From a phage: a stretch of DNA of 64,000 nt. The position numbers and the translations under genes were made by a program. Position 1 is the first letter of the stretch. Each line of letters begins with the position of its first letter. The stretch lies in sequence record PZ496580.1; one strand, 5' to 3'. The notes under the pieces were generated by a model. It did no database searches. It was given only the letters and a program-made list of their open reading frames with translations, and was not told the DNA's origin. Shown piece after piece: positions 52,418-61,437 of this stretch.

Positions 52418-52612
52418 TTATACATTTTCAATTACCCATTGCAGATGGGCTTCTGCGTCAACCAGTTCAGCGCGGCTTTTCTCTAAGCACTTGCTGTATT
52501 CTTTACGTTCCCAATCAGCAATTTCGTTTTTCAGGACTTCTTCATAGTAAGCAATTACGCCTTTCAGGTCTGAAACTTTACGGCTTGCCAATTCGATGTA
52601 ATGGTTACGCAT
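52418..52612 (-). CDS. hypothetical protein (64 aa)
   Basis: ORF track; leader and SD. Confidence 0.4.
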   Translation of the reverse strand: MRNHYIELASRKVSDLKGVIAYYEEVLKNEIADWERKEYSKCLEKSRAELVDAEAHLQWVIENV

Positions 52613-52650
52613 TTTGATTCTCCTAAGTGGTATCTCGTTTCGATGGGGAC

Positions 52651-52679
52651 ATTATGATATATCCCCGATCCAGTGTCAA
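52651..52679 (-). promoter_or_regulatory. sigma70-type early promoter cassette
   Basis: approx; TTGACA-17-CATAAT. Confidence 0.45.
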
Positions 52680-52687
52680 CAACTTTT

Positions 52688-52987
52688 TTAATCTTTTTTC
52701 AGTGCGTCCATTACTCGCTCTGCGATCAGTTCTCGTAAGCACTGATAACCATGATATTTGATGGCAATGTCACGCAGATCATTAACCAGTTCCCGTACTT
52801 CATGGTCTTTCAGATCGTCTCTGTATTTCGATTTAATCGTATCTTTAGGTTGATTGCGGATAACCTGAAAACCTTGTTCTGCAATCACTGCGGCTTCTCG
52901 CTGGCGTTCATGCTGTACTGTATTTTTGATCAGGTTTGCTTCCATGAACTTTGCCATACTCATCATCATGTTATTCTTTTTGCTCAT
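52688..52987 (-). CDS. hypothetical protein (99 aa)
   Basis: ORF track. Confidence 0.4.
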   Translation of the reverse strand: MSKKNNMMMSMAKFMEANLIKNTVQHERQREAAVIAEQGFQVIRNQPKDTIKSKYRDDLKDHEVRELVNDLRDIAIKYHGYQCLRELIAERVMDALKKD

Positions 52988-53053
52988 CGTTAAATCCTCA
53001 TAAAAAGAAAAGGGAGACTCCCATTATAGAGAATCTCCCTTGTATGTCAAGTG

Positions 53054-54877
53054 TTATGATTGCATCCAAATTTTGCGTTGATCTGCATCTTCACTATAGA
53101 GCAAATCGAATAGCTCTTTATAGTTTTCCGGCAACGTGATGATCTCCATTACAGGATCGTTGATCACGCGATGATAGTCTGATTCTGTGAGCGATGCTAA
53201 ACCTTTGATATATCGAATGTTGTAACCTTTGATATTATCGCGATCGTTCTCAAAATCTTCTAGGTCATAATACCATCGAACATCATCACCTTTCTTTGGT
53301 TCCGCAATGATAATAGGTGTTTTGATAAACCGGATTCGACCATCTTCGAACAATTCAGGCCAACGTGCAAAGAAAGAGATCAGACTAGGCTTAATAGACC
53401 CGATCCCGTCAGTATCAGCGTCTGTCATAATCGCAATATTTTTGTATTGCATAACTTCCAATGCATCAACACCAAATTGCAAGCCAGTGATCGCCATGAT
53501 GTTAAAAATTTCGGCGTTCTTAACGATCTTTGCCTCCGGTTGTTCCCACGTTGTAAGAGTTTTGCCTCGCAACGGGAAACCGCCATGTAAATCTTGATCA
53601 CGTACAGAGATCAGATAGTTGATCGCGGAATCACCTTCCGTCAAAAACAGGGTAGTTTCTGCGTCAGTTCCAATAAGGTTAGCTTTAACGTGCTTTGCTA
53701 CCTTAGCCCGTTTTGCTGCCTTTGCTGCCTTAGTCGCTGCCGCTTTATCTGCTGCCTCTTTGCGTGCCAGGACTACAGCAATAATAGGCATGATAATGTT
53801 TTCTTTCTTCGCAATGATTTTAGCCAGTTTTTTAAAATCCAGATCAATGTGTCGCTTGATATCACCAGTTGGATTAGTCAAGCGTTCTTTTGTCTGTGAA
53901 TCAAAACGAAGGTTAGGCAATTCACGAACAATAAGAATACAGGTCAATCCAGACTTAACCGCAGCTTTAGTAACATCAACCTTATATTCTTTCTTGATTC
54001 GTTTTACAATCTCTTCACAAAGATCATCTGTCACGTAGTCTACGTGTGTTCCCCCGTTTTTGGTAAACAGACCATTAGCAAAGGATACTGATTTAAAACC
54101 TTCTCCCTCGACCGCAGGAACTAGGGCAAGTGAAAAGTTTTTATCTTCAATGACAAACGGATCATCATTGTATAGTTTAGCATAATCCTTGAACTTACTA
54201 ACAATACGTTTACCATTAAACTTAAACGTGATCTTAGGAAAGATTACGCTCAATGATTGCAGACGATCATGAACAATATCTAAAACAGAGTTGTCCATCA
54301 TATAACCTTCGAAGTGGTCGAAGTCTGGGCAAAATGTAACCTTTGTTCCCTTCAATTTTGATGGTTTCGATGACCATGTGATATTTTCAGCACCATTTGT
54401 ACACTGTACGGTCATTTCTGTTTCACCGTCACATGTCACACCAGTAAACCAATCGCTAAAGAAATTTGACAACGACGACCCTACACCGTTCATCCCTTGC
54501 GTTAATCGATTGGTATCATCAAAGTTAGACCCTGCTTTTGTTCGTGTCCATGCGGCTACAGGTTGCGGAATCTGCGTACCCTCTGGGGTAGTGACCATAT
54601 GTTGAGGAATACCGCGACCATTGTCTGTTACCGTAACAATATTGTTTTGGATATCGACGCTAATCACATTGGCAAATTCAAAATTAGTGCGAATCGCCTC
54701 GTCTACAGAGTTGTCGATGATCTCATCAATGATTTTAACCAGTCCGGGAACGTATGAAATTTTTGTCCACTTACCGAACAGGAAACGTTGATGTTCTTCG
54801 TATGTAGTTGACCCTATGTACATCCCAGCACGCTTAAGGACATGTTCACGATCAGATAAAATGCGGAACTCACTCAT
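53054..54877 (-). CDS. 39: DNA topoisomerase II large (ATPase) subunit, unsplit
   Basis: 607 aa; GyrB-like ATPase N-terminus (VDEAI, DNGRGIP) continuous through the region that is split into genes 39 and 60 in T4. Confidence 0.85.
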   Translation of the reverse strand: MSEFRILSDREHVLKRAGMYIGSTTYEEHQRFLFGKWTKISYVPGLVKIIDEIIDNSVDEAIRTNFEFANVISVDIQNNIVTVTDNGRGIPQHMVTTPEGTQIPQPVAAWTRTKAGSNFDDTNRLTQGMNGVGSSLSNFFSDWFTGVTCDGETEMTVQCTNGAENITWSSKPSKLKGTKVTFCPDFDHFEGYMMDNSVLDIVHDRLQSLSVIFPKITFKFNGKRIVSKFKDYAKLYNDDPFVIEDKNFSLALVPAVEGEGFKSVSFANGLFTKNGGTHVDYVTDDLCEEIVKRIKKEYKVDVTKAAVKSGLTCILIVRELPNLRFDSQTKERLTNPTGDIKRHIDLDFKKLAKIIAKKENIIMPIIAVVLARKEAADKAAATKAAKAAKRAKVAKHVKANLIGTDAETTLFLTEGDSAINYLISVRDQDLHGGFPLRGKTLTTWEQPEAKIVKNAEIFNIMAITGLQFGVDALEVMQYKNIAIMTDADTDGIGSIKPSLISFFARWPELFEDGRIRFIKTPIIIAEPKKGDDVRWYYDLEDFENDRDNIKGYNIRYIKGLASLTESDYHRVINDPVMEIITLPENYKELFDLLYSEDADQRKIWMQS

Positions 54878-54980
54878 TATTAAACCTCTTCATAACATAA
54901 CCATAACTTACTGCAACCGCCACAAAGACGGCTGCAACAATCATATTAAAAATTGAGTGATTGTCAAGTATATGACTCAT
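54870..54980 (-). CDS. hypothetical single-TM peptide (36 aa)
   Basis: ATGA overlap with upstream zinc-ribbon gene and 8-nt overlap with gene 39 start; hydrophobic core MIVAAVFVAVAV. Confidence 0.3.
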   Translation of the reverse strand: MSHILDNHSIFNMIVAAVFVAVAVSYGYVMKRFNNE

Positions 54981-55150
54981 GACACGCGCACATTTTTATC
55001 GTAATACCCGCCATTAATCCCGCGCGGGGCAGTCAATCCCTGTTTGCATTCTTTACCACATTCAGGGCATTCTGCCTTTTCACGCTCGGAAATTTTGCGG
55101 ATTTTCTGAAATTGACCGTGTTCTTCACAAGAATAATCATATAATGGCAT
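54977..55150 (-). CDS. FmdB-family zinc-ribbon protein
   Basis: track ORF trimmed to MPLYDYSCEEHG...CPECG (characteristic FmdB N-terminus and CxxC pairs). Confidence 0.5.
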   Translation of the reverse strand: MPLYDYSCEEHGQFQKIRKISEREKAECPECGKECKQGLTAPRGINGGYYDKNVRVS

Positions 55151-55151
55151 A

Positions 55152-55820
55152 TTATCCCCTTTGTTTCTTAACTGAATTTGGATCTGGATTTTCTGGCAAG
55201 TCTTCCAGACCCATAGCATAACGTTGTGCATAGATTAGCATAAGAATATCGCGAGCGCAATCATGAATTGCATCATGCGCGATAAATCCGTCTAGCGTAC
55301 CCATTGGTAACGGGCATTCACACATACCACGATGCATCAATGTACGCTCAATGGCGGTGCGAACATCTCGGATGTTCCAGAATCGCACAGGTTCAAGGCT
55401 GAACGTCTCTCGTGTATTGTGTGCACGTCGAATCATATCAACTAGTAACGGAATATCAAACGCATTACCGCGTGACCACATTACGGATTTAACCGGATCT
55501 ACTCCTACGGATTCACAGAATGCGTTAAAACGCGCTAAACCTTCTTTAGTTGATACTTCCGTACCATTTGTGATTAATTGCTTTCTCATGCCTTCTGAGG
55601 CGGTATTCTTCCACCATTCAACCACACCATGATCAAACACTCTTACACCTTTCTGGGAAGGAATATCAAATTTTACCAGAAAGGAATTGTCAACCAGTTC
55701 TTTAAATGTAGGTGGATTGTGCGGATCTTCTTTAAATCCGATTGCCGCCATATTGATAACCGCCCCATCAGGCGGATAACCTAAACTTTCAAAGTCAATC
55801 ATTAAATCCACTGGAAGCAT
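55152..55820 (-). CDS. dexA: 3'-5' exonuclease A
   Basis: track ORF trimmed to MLPVDLMIDFESLG; DnaQ-like exo motifs and C-terminal GTLDGF.AHD.IHDCA.DILM..YA.RYAMGLED as in T4 DexA. Confidence 0.8.
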   Translation of the reverse strand: MLPVDLMIDFESLGYPPDGAVINMAAIGFKEDPHNPPTFKELVDNSFLVKFDIPSQKGVRVFDHGVVEWWKNTASEGMRKQLITNGTEVSTKEGLARFNAFCESVGVDPVKSVMWSRGNAFDIPLLVDMIRRAHNTRETFSLEPVRFWNIRDVRTAIERTLMHRGMCECPLPMGTLDGFIAHDAIHDCARDILMLIYAQRYAMGLEDLPENPDPNSVKKQRG

Positions 55821-55821
55821 T

Positions 55822-56064
55822 TTAAATATCCTCCGCGATATGCCGGAACAACTCCAGATCGTTTTTATCCAGAATGAAACCGCTACAATCAATAATCCCT
55901 TTACCGTAATTATCGGTTAACAGTCGGTCCGTTGCCATGTATGCGCGTACTTTGTTGTTAAAATTCATTACATGTTGTGCATAGTCACAATGAATCTTTT
56001 GACGGTTCCACGCGACAATTGATTGTAGATGTATTACATTAGCCATATCATTAATAACAACCAT
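55822..56064 (-). CDS. hypothetical protein (80 aa)
   Basis: ORF track. Confidence 0.4.
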   Translation of the reverse strand: MVVINDMANVIHLQSIVAWNRQKIHCDYAQHVMNFNNKVRAYMATDRLLTDNYGKGIIDCSGFILDKNDLELFRHIAEDI

Positions 56065-56243
56065 ATCAAAACCCTCGCTTAGTGAAATGCTCGATCATTT
56101 TATTGATACATGCAGCTTCACTATCGCCGGACACATTCCAGCCATATAGACCCCATCTAAAACACATGGTAACAGTTCCATTGTGACGGCTTACCGTCAC
56201 ATCATTAAATTCTGGGATACTTCGCATAATCATAATAATTTCC

Positions 56244-57635
56244 TCAAATATAGTCTACTCGATACCGCGCACGGGTAACACCCACATATAATAACTGCAT
56301 TGCCAATTCAAAGTCAACATTGTCTGTACACATGCAAGGAGTATACAGGAACACGCGGTCTACGCTGATCCCTTGTGACTTATGAATGGTGCAAGCTGGT
56401 AATGCTTTTACATTCAAGAACATACGTTTCATCGTCCAGAAGGAATCCCAATCTGGTTTAAATTTTGGATTCTCTTTCTTCATTTCGCGATATTGTCCGG
56501 CGACCGTATTCAGATAGATAGAGAAAATGTTCTTCTGACGTTGTTCTGTCAGAATGTTGATTTCTACTAAATCCGGTTTATCTGTAGTGATTCCGACTGC
56601 ATCTAAACCAACTTTCTGATTTAGGATTTCTTTGTCTTCGTCATCATCGACGCTTTCCACTTTCAGAGTATAGCCTAAAACTGGTTGCGGATCTACCCCC
56701 GTGCAACGTAATGTAAATTCACGCGGGATGACCTCTTTAACTCGGATCATCTCACCATTGTTAAAAATAACATTGGGAATCTTCTTCCCGCGTTCATCTC
56801 GCAGATATTCGATCAATGGTTCCTGAGTAACCAGAATTTCATCTATAATCACTGGTTCATCGGTGTTATAAACGCGCTTACGTACAATTTCATTGAGTTT
56901 TTCGACGCTCTTGTTAGTGTAGGCCAGAATACGGTTTTCTAGAAGGTCTTCCGGCGTTTTAACGGTTTCGAAATAATGCTTCATAAACTCCGGCAGAGTT
57001 GAGCTATGGAATACACCCTCGTTACCGCACTGCTTTTCGAATACCCATTTACCATTACGAACAGCGGTCGCCACATCAATGATCGGTGCATTAGATCGTT
57101 TAATTTCTGTCAACTCCACGTTTTGAAAATTTTCATCCGTGAAGAAAGGAGAAATTGACGTTGCACCACTCGGATCAACTGGTCGTAACTGGTGCGGATC
57201 GCCAACTGCAATAACAACAATTCGACCGTTGATACTCTTCATGAGAATATCAAATAGTTTCTTATCGACCATACTCGCTTCATCAACAATGATGATCTGA
57301 ACATCATCTAGTTTAGGAGTATCTTTTTGCTCAAATACTTGAGTATCTTCATAGTTGGTCGGGTTAAGACGCAATAAAGCATGTAAAGTAAATGCTTGAC
57401 GACCTACCGCTTTACTCAAAACTTTTTTAGCCTGGTGGGTAGGCGTTGCCAAAACCACACCAGTCACACCCCGGCGGACCATTTCCTGAACAATGAATTT
57501 CATCATTGCGGTTTTACCAGTACCAGCCGCACCACGGACAGTTGTATGCTTCTTTTGTTCAATGCGTTTCATTAGAACATCAAAAGCATGTTTTTGTCCG
57601 TCTGTCAACATATCGAAAGTTAATACTCTGCTCAT
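56244..57635 (-). CDS. dda: Dda 5'-3' DNA helicase (SF1B)
   Basis: 463 aa; LT.GQK.AF..VMK.I..KKH....G.AGTGKT and AAPTH.AKK.L, C-terminal LYVGVTR.RY.V collinear with T4 Dda. Confidence 0.9.
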   Translation of the reverse strand: MSRVLTFDMLTDGQKHAFDVLMKRIEQKKHTTVRGAAGTGKTAMMKFIVQEMVRRGVTGVVLATPTHQAKKVLSKAVGRQAFTLHALLRLNPTNYEDTQVFEQKDTPKLDDVQIIIVDEASMVDKKLFDILMKSINGRIVVIAVGDPHQLRPVDPSGATSISPFFTDENFQNVELTEIKRSNAPIIDVATAVRNGKWVFEKQCGNEGVFHSSTLPEFMKHYFETVKTPEDLLENRILAYTNKSVEKLNEIVRKRVYNTDEPVIIDEILVTQEPLIEYLRDERGKKIPNVIFNNGEMIRVKEVIPREFTLRCTGVDPQPVLGYTLKVESVDDDEDKEILNQKVGLDAVGITTDKPDLVEINILTEQRQKNIFSIYLNTVAGQYREMKKENPKFKPDWDSFWTMKRMFLNVKALPACTIHKSQGISVDRVFLYTPCMCTDNVDFELAMQLLYVGVTRARYRVDYI

Positions 57636-57949
57636 TATCCTAAAATCCTCACCTTGCGAACACAGATAGTATTGAGTTCTCGCCGTACCCGTTCTTTTTC
57701 ATATTCAGGAATTTTGTATTCTATACCATCCCGAACAATTTCAGAAGATCGGATTATACCAAATTTTCGTTTAGGCACAACCTTGTATTTCGGTTCACCT
57801 GCCAATAGACTCTCACAATAATCTATCTGATCACACATTGACGCTAACGCTGCATCATGTGTTTCGCAAGTTAGGACGCGACCCTTCGCGTCCACTGAGT
57901 ATTGAAAGAATCCGTCTTTATCACGATAACATACAGCAAATACATGCAT
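57635..57949 (-). CDS. hypothetical protein (104 aa)
   Basis: ORF track; coupled to dda start. Confidence 0.4.
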   Translation of the reverse strand: MHVFAVCYRDKDGFFQYSVDAKGRVLTCETHDAALASMCDQIDYCESLLAGEPKYKVVPKRKFGIIRSSEIVRDGIEYKIPEYEKERVRRELNTICVRKVRILG

Positions 57950-58704
57950 TATAAACCTACCTTCGCTTTCATCAATTCAATCCACGACGCATCAATCGGA
58001 AGCCCGTATTTCACGCGTTCTTTTTGTGCTGGCGTTAAGTTCTCATACTTAGAAAGAGATTCAATCAAAACGCTGGTATATTTTAGCACGATTTCGGTAT
58101 TGTTTGCAATAGCCTTAAGTTTTTCTTCTTTCTTGTTGATTTCGCTAAGGGCTTGCTTGAGATCTGCAATTTTCTGATAACGTTCTTCCATACGGAAGAG
58201 AGTATTTTTAATCGCTCGCTCGGCTGCCTCTGCTTTCTCCGGTTCGTTGTGCTTTTTGTGGCGCTCGATTGCTAATTTCTTTTCTTCGATTGCCATTTCC
58301 TGATTTTTGATGCGATTCTCGTTAAGTTCGATCCACTCGATGTACTTCGCACGTAGGGCAATTTCATCATCAGAAAGTTTACCGTTAGTTCCTAGTTCCT
58401 GGATCTCTTTAAGAGATTCGATAGTGTGATTGCCACGGAAAGAATTGTATTTCAGTTTAACCGGAATTACATTGCCATCAACATATCCCAGATTGCAATC
58501 AATGCGCTCTAAGGAGAGTCCGTCATCACCTTCACCGAAAGCCTCACCTGAATAGGCGCAATGAGTCTGACGGTAAATGTTACGCACAGTGACTAAGCTC
58601 ATAGAGAAGTCTTTGTTGCGACGTGAAGCGCCAGCCATGATAGAGTTCAGACGGAAAACAACCAGCGCCAATTCTTCGTTAGATTTAAAAGCAAACAGTT
58701 TCAT
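57949..58704 (-). CDS. hypothetical protein with degenerate HNH-like segment and C-terminal coiled coil (srd position)
   Basis: 251 aa; CAYSGE...LSLERID.N.GYVDGNV resembles an HNH-type motif; rest Lys/Glu-rich helical. Confidence 0.35.
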   Translation of the reverse strand: MKLFAFKSNEELALVVFRLNSIMAGASRRNKDFSMSLVTVRNIYRQTHCAYSGEAFGEGDDGLSLERIDCNLGYVDGNVIPVKLKYNSFRGNHTIESLKEIQELGTNGKLSDDEIALRAKYIEWIELNENRIKNQEMAIEEKKLAIERHKKHNEPEKAEAAERAIKNTLFRMEERYQKIADLKQALSEINKKEEKLKAIANNTEIVLKYTSVLIESLSKYENLTPAQKERVKYGLPIDASWIELMKAKVGL

Positions 58705-58733
58705 AATTGATTCTCCTTAGTTGGTATGTGTGT

Positions 58734-58762
58734 ATTATTGTCTATCTGGTTTGTGCTGTCAA
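58734..58762 (-). promoter_or_regulatory. sigma70-type early promoter cassette
   Basis: approx; TTGACA-17-AATAAT. Confidence 0.35.
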
Positions 58763-58765
58763 CAC

Positions 58766-59269
58766 TTAAATTAAAGAAAATTTGTAAATCTCTATCAGAT
58801 CGCCGTTACATGCGTAAACTTCCTCGATCTCATCAAGGATCATGGTCGTCCCTGTCTTGTATATGCACTCGCGCTCATCCGCCAACATAGCATACAAAGA
58901 CAGTCGAGTAGTCGGATTGTCATACTCTTTAGACACCACTCGATCAATAGCATGTTCGTAATAATTCATGCAAGGCTTGGTAGGTTTTATTGCAATAATC
59001 TTTCCTGTTGCATAAACATCGGTTGCAAAGTCCTCTGCTGTTGATTGCAGTGGCGTAAAGCTCATAGGACGCTCTACAACGAAAGAATCACCTACAATTA
59101 AGGTATCCAGCTTACGGCCTTCTCTTTTGCTCACACCGCGATACAAGGCTTCATGATGCACTAACCGTTCAGTCTTTTCAATCAATCCATTAAGGATCGA
59201 CATATCGATATTTTCTTTAGAGTTCATCACTTCATCAATGATGTTAAGTTCTTCTGGTGTAAATTGCAT
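58766..59269 (-). CDS. ModA/ModB-like ADP-ribosyltransferase
   Basis: 167 aa; ordered R (ALYRG), ST (QSTAED) and ExE (DERECI) motifs with spacing typical of R-S-E ARTs; lies between dda side and gene 56 as T4 mod genes do. Confidence 0.5.
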   Translation of the reverse strand: MQFTPEELNIIDEVMNSKENIDMSILNGLIEKTERLVHHEALYRGVSKREGRKLDTLIVGDSFVVERPMSFTPLQSTAEDFATDVYATGKIIAIKPTKPCMNYYEHAIDRVVSKEYDNPTTRLSLYAMLADERECIYKTGTTMILDEIEEVYACNGDLIEIYKFSLI

Positions 59270-59272
59270 AAT

Positions 59273-59302
59273 AAAAAAGCCTCCAATCTTTCGACGGGAG
59301 GC
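59273..59302 (-). terminator. hairpin plus U-tract that also sequesters the downstream SD
   Basis: approx; GCCTCC-12nt loop-GGAGGC followed by TTTTTTATT ATG; 3' arm contains the GGAGG SD of the ART-like gene. Confidence 0.45.
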
Positions 59303-59331
59303 ATAATAAAACCATTATAGAGTAGTGTCAA
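59303..59331 (-). promoter_or_regulatory. sigma70-type early promoter overlapping hairpin
   Basis: approx; TTGACA-17-TATTAT; predicted start site falls inside hairpin 5' arm. Confidence 0.4.
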
Positions 59332-59338
59332 CTAATTT

Positions 59339-59863
59339 TTAGTAGCCGCGTTCTTGACGGGCGAAGTTTTCAGCATTTTTCAGATAGTACAGCTTGAAGA
59401 TATCCTTAGCGGTTAAACCTAAGCCCAGCATTTTAATCAGCACAAAATGCCAGATATCGATCAATTCCATCGCAATTTCGGTTTTATCGTCATCTGACAG
59501 ATCAGCAAATTTACGCGCTCGTGCTTCGCCGTGGTTCTTCTTCCACACTTTAGTAATTGCGCTTGCATCTTTGCCATTTGACATGCCACCCAGGGCAACA
59601 TAAAGTTCTCGTGTCTCGTCGTCGATTGCGTCATCCCACAACTTCATCCAGTCAAGGATCTCCCCGCAAGTTTCCAGCTTATCAGGATGCGGCACCCACT
59701 CAAATTTATCAGCTAGTGCGACCTGTAAGCCTTTTTGCATATCTAACATTACTTGCAGCGGATCTTTGCCGCTAGTGATTGCCTCGGAATACGCAATACC
59801 AGCTTTAGACATAGTTTCGTCGCTAACCAGACCAGCACAAGAATTAAATTCTGACATATTCAC
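59339..59863 (-). CDS. 56: dCTP pyrophosphatase-like NTP pyrophosphohydrolase
   Basis: 174 aa (T4 gp56 ~171) all-alpha MazG-like features (ELIDIWHFVL), position between mod region and gene 61. Confidence 0.45.
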   Translation of the reverse strand: MNMSEFNSCAGLVSDETMSKAGIAYSEAITSGKDPLQVMLDMQKGLQVALADKFEWVPHPDKLETCGEILDWMKLWDDAIDDETRELYVALGGMSNGKDASAITKVWKKNHGEARARKFADLSDDDKTEIAMELIDIWHFVLIKMLGLGLTAKDIFKLYYLKNAENFARQERGY

Positions 59864-59871
59864 CTCATTAA

Positions 59872-60900
59872 TTAAAATTTACAATATTTCATAAACCGCA
59901 TTTTAGCCATCAGACCTTGTACGGTGTTCTCTTTGATGTATTCCATGATCTGGTCGCGTGTAGCGCCCTCGTCCTGAATCATGGCGTTAACGTCTTTAGA
60001 ATGCCACGGGCAACGATCCCACAAAACAATCTTTTCCCCTGCATTGATAAACTTTTCCAGTCGGTGCATTGTATCGGCTGACCGTGGTTCCGCATCAAGT
60101 ACAAACACTCGCTGGTCTGGGAAAGGGATTTCATCTAATCCCAAAGTACCGCCAGTAATTGCACACCCGTTATCAATAAACAATGAATCGATCGGACCTT
60201 CTAAGAAATACACTGGCTTACTCGGATCGGCGCGTTCAAGACCATAGACCTTACTCGCTAACTCATGAGTTTTAATCGTCATATATTTGGTCTTTCCGTA
60301 ATCCTTTCTCAATGCTCTCCCCTGAATGGATTCTATCTTGTTCTCGCGGTTAAAGATAGGAATCACTAAACGCGGTTCAGGTTGTGGATTCTTGAAAGTA
60401 TCAGCTTTAATATGATTTGCTACCTTTTGCCATTCTCTCGTGAAATACAGAAGATCCCATTTATCGTGGGGAATGCAACGATCACTGACATACTTTATTA
60501 TAGGATGATTAGCCGGAAGAGTATCTAATCTCTCGCAGAAAGGCAATGTTTGCACTTTCTTAATCTCCGGCTTTTCTACCTTTTTCAGTGGCTTGAACGT
60601 GGTGTTCTTGTGGTCGCCTTGTTCCTTCCGTCGTTCCATAAGCCATTCCCTGAATAGGTCCGGCTTATATTGTTTAAGAAATTCACCTAACGGCTGATTG
60701 TAGTTACAGTTGAAACACCCGGCTCGCAAACTATCCTTATAGGTATAGATACGGAATCGCGCTTGAGTATGATTTTTCTTTGAGTCACCGCAGATCGGAC
60801 AACTACAGACCAGCGTAAATGAGCTAGTATGCAACCGTTTAAAATTTCGTTCGCCGTATATGGCTTTTTCCGCTATTTCATAATCTGCGTAGTAAATCAT
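59872..60900 (-). CDS. 61: DNA primase
   Basis: 342 aa (same as T4 gp61); N-terminal zinc ribbon CSCPICGD...CFNC and TOPRIM-like acidic core. Confidence 0.85.
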   Translation of the reverse strand: MIYYADYEIAEKAIYGERNFKRLHTSSFTLVCSCPICGDSKKNHTQARFRIYTYKDSLRAGCFNCNYNQPLGEFLKQYKPDLFREWLMERRKEQGDHKNTTFKPLKKVEKPEIKKVQTLPFCERLDTLPANHPIIKYVSDRCIPHDKWDLLYFTREWQKVANHIKADTFKNPQPEPRLVIPIFNRENKIESIQGRALRKDYGKTKYMTIKTHELASKVYGLERADPSKPVYFLEGPIDSLFIDNGCAITGGTLGLDEIPFPDQRVFVLDAEPRSADTMHRLEKFINAGEKIVLWDRCPWHSKDVNAMIQDEGATRDQIMEYIKENTVQGLMAKMRFMKYCKF

Positions 60901-60909
60901 AATAACCTC

Positions 60910-61113
60910 TTATATCTCAAATTTCATGAAAGTTCCTACACTTTCATTTTCATTCTCTCCGTTCTCATCTAAGCCAAATTTGTAGACACTACCATCTGGC
61001 GATGTGTAAGAGAATACACGAAAACGGCCTACCGGGTCAAGTTCTGTAAATTCATATTCTTTTCCGGCTTCAAACAGTGCATATGTGCTTTTAAGACATT
61101 TCATCGTAATCAT
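60910..61113 (-). CDS. hypothetical protein (67 aa)
   Basis: ORF track. Confidence 0.4.
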   Translation of the reverse strand: MITMKCLKSTYALFEAGKEYEFTELDPVGRFRVFSYTSPDGSVYKFGLDENGENENESVGTFMKFEI

Positions 61114-61268
61114 TTAAGCGCCACCGACAACAGAATGAGAACTACACCAACATACATTGTGATCTCGGATAACTTTTCTGTTTTTGTTTTGTGTCCAGAT
61201 AATCCGAAAACAACAACACCGATAATAGCGGACAGCAAGCCAACGATAAACATGATGATACTAAGCAC
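61110..61268 (-). CDS. hypothetical two-TM peptide (52 aa, GTG start)
   Basis: AGGAGA SD 6 nt before GTG; stop overlaps next ATG (ATGA); below cutoff. Confidence 0.3.
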   Translation of the reverse strand: MLSIIMFIVGLLSAIIGVVVFGLSGHKTKTEKLSEITMYVGVVLILLSVALK

Positions 61269-61437
61269 CGTCTTTCTCCTTTTTGCGTTTTTCTTTACCC
61301 GCTACACTAGGTCCACGATTGGTAATAGATCCGCTCGTTTCACCTGCTGCGATCTTCTCAGGATTGCCGCCAGCATCGCCAGCGGTCATATCTTCTTTGA
61401 GTTTATTTTCTTCAACAAACTGTTTAAAGCCAATCAT
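61261..61437 (-). CDS. hypothetical small protein (58 aa)
   Basis: ATG overlaps stop of 61434..61808 (ATGA); Gly/Lys-rich tail. Confidence 0.35.
   Translation of the reverse strand: MIGFKQFVEENKLKEDMTAGDAGGNPEKIAAGETSGSITNRGPSVAGKEKRKKEKDGA

Noticed and set aside
53054-54877. Split gene 39/60 arrangement or translational bypass element
   Set aside because: Single uninterrupted 607-aa ORF covers the whole topoisomerase large subunit; no internal stop or hop-like gap
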